NCBI GenBank assembly: GCA_963764165.1
Contig: CAVXRD010000002.1
Span: 3,424,001 to 3,488,000, forward strand
Source of the DNA: an uncultured Verrucomicrobiae bacterium
GTDB taxonomy: Bacteria; Verrucomicrobiota; Verrucomicrobiia; Limisphaerales; Palsa-1400
Direction: 5' to 3'
Length of the DNA: 64,000 nucleotides
This document shows, in pieces, positions 63,709 through 64,000 of the stretch (position 1 is the stretch's first letter; the number at the start of each line of letters is the position of its first letter). The notes under the pieces are model-generated. The model was not told where the DNA came from. It searched no databases and saw only the letters and a program-made list of their open reading frames with translations. The position numbers and the translations under genes were made by a program.

Positions 63709-64000
63709 TTACGACTCCACGAATTTCGCGAAGCTGTCCAGGCACCTGCCCCACCCTTCGGCGTGATTGTCGCGGCTTTGCACCGAGGCGAACCGGGAAT
63801 GCGTCATCACGAACTCGGTCTTGCTGCCGCGCTTGAGAAATTCCACGGTGATCAGCGTCTCTTTGCCGTCCAATTCGCCGAACTCGGTGCCGCTGCCGTC
63901 CTTTTCCCAATCCCACGTGTACACCAAACGCTCAGGCGGCGTGACCTCGCGGAATTCTCCGGCGGCGGTGAAATACTCGCCGTCCGGTTTCCGCATTTGG
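63709..64000 (-). CDS. SRPBCC/AHSA1-domain protein (partial, 5' end outside the window)
   Basis: GEFREVTPPERLVYTWDW..TLITVEF..TEFVMTH..HAEGWGRCLD. Confidence 0.88.
   Translation of the reverse strand, partial: QMRKPDGEYFTAAGEFREVTPPERLVYTWDWEKDGSGTEFGELDGKETLITVEFLKRGSKTEFVMTHSRFASVQSRDNHAEGWGRCLDSFAKFVES

Overview
GC-rich bacterial chromosomal window. The gene content suggests Verrucomicrobiota (Pedosphaera/Limisphaera-like): long GreA, N-methylation pseudopilin, several ECF sigma/anti-sigma cassettes and a large Asn/Thr-rich secreted protein. This assignment is inference. Housekeeping genes are uvrA (partial), deoC, plsY, gpsA, ispA, glgB, infA, greA, rsmB, gltX, dxr and hisB. They are mixed with CAZymes (GH127-like, GH29), ABC and CzcCBA-type exporters and a NarL-type two-component system. 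Two complete IS elements (IS1182 and IS4/IS50-like) each sit inside the hairpin of a different REP/MITE family. The best candidate for an undescribed system is a low-GC two-gene operon between dxr and hisB (44052-48228, minus strand). Gene 1 encodes 2x cold-shock domain + TPR + degenerate restriction-endonuclease-like region + STAND ATPase. Gene 2 overlaps it and encodes a second STAND-like ATPase with a C-terminal TIR domain. An hsdS remnant and two orphan antitoxin-like ORFs lie next to the operon, and near-identical REP doublets bracket the region. Three genes are interrupted: a PIN toxin (in-frame amber), czcC (+1 frameshift) and the large Ig-repeat protein (+1 frameshift).
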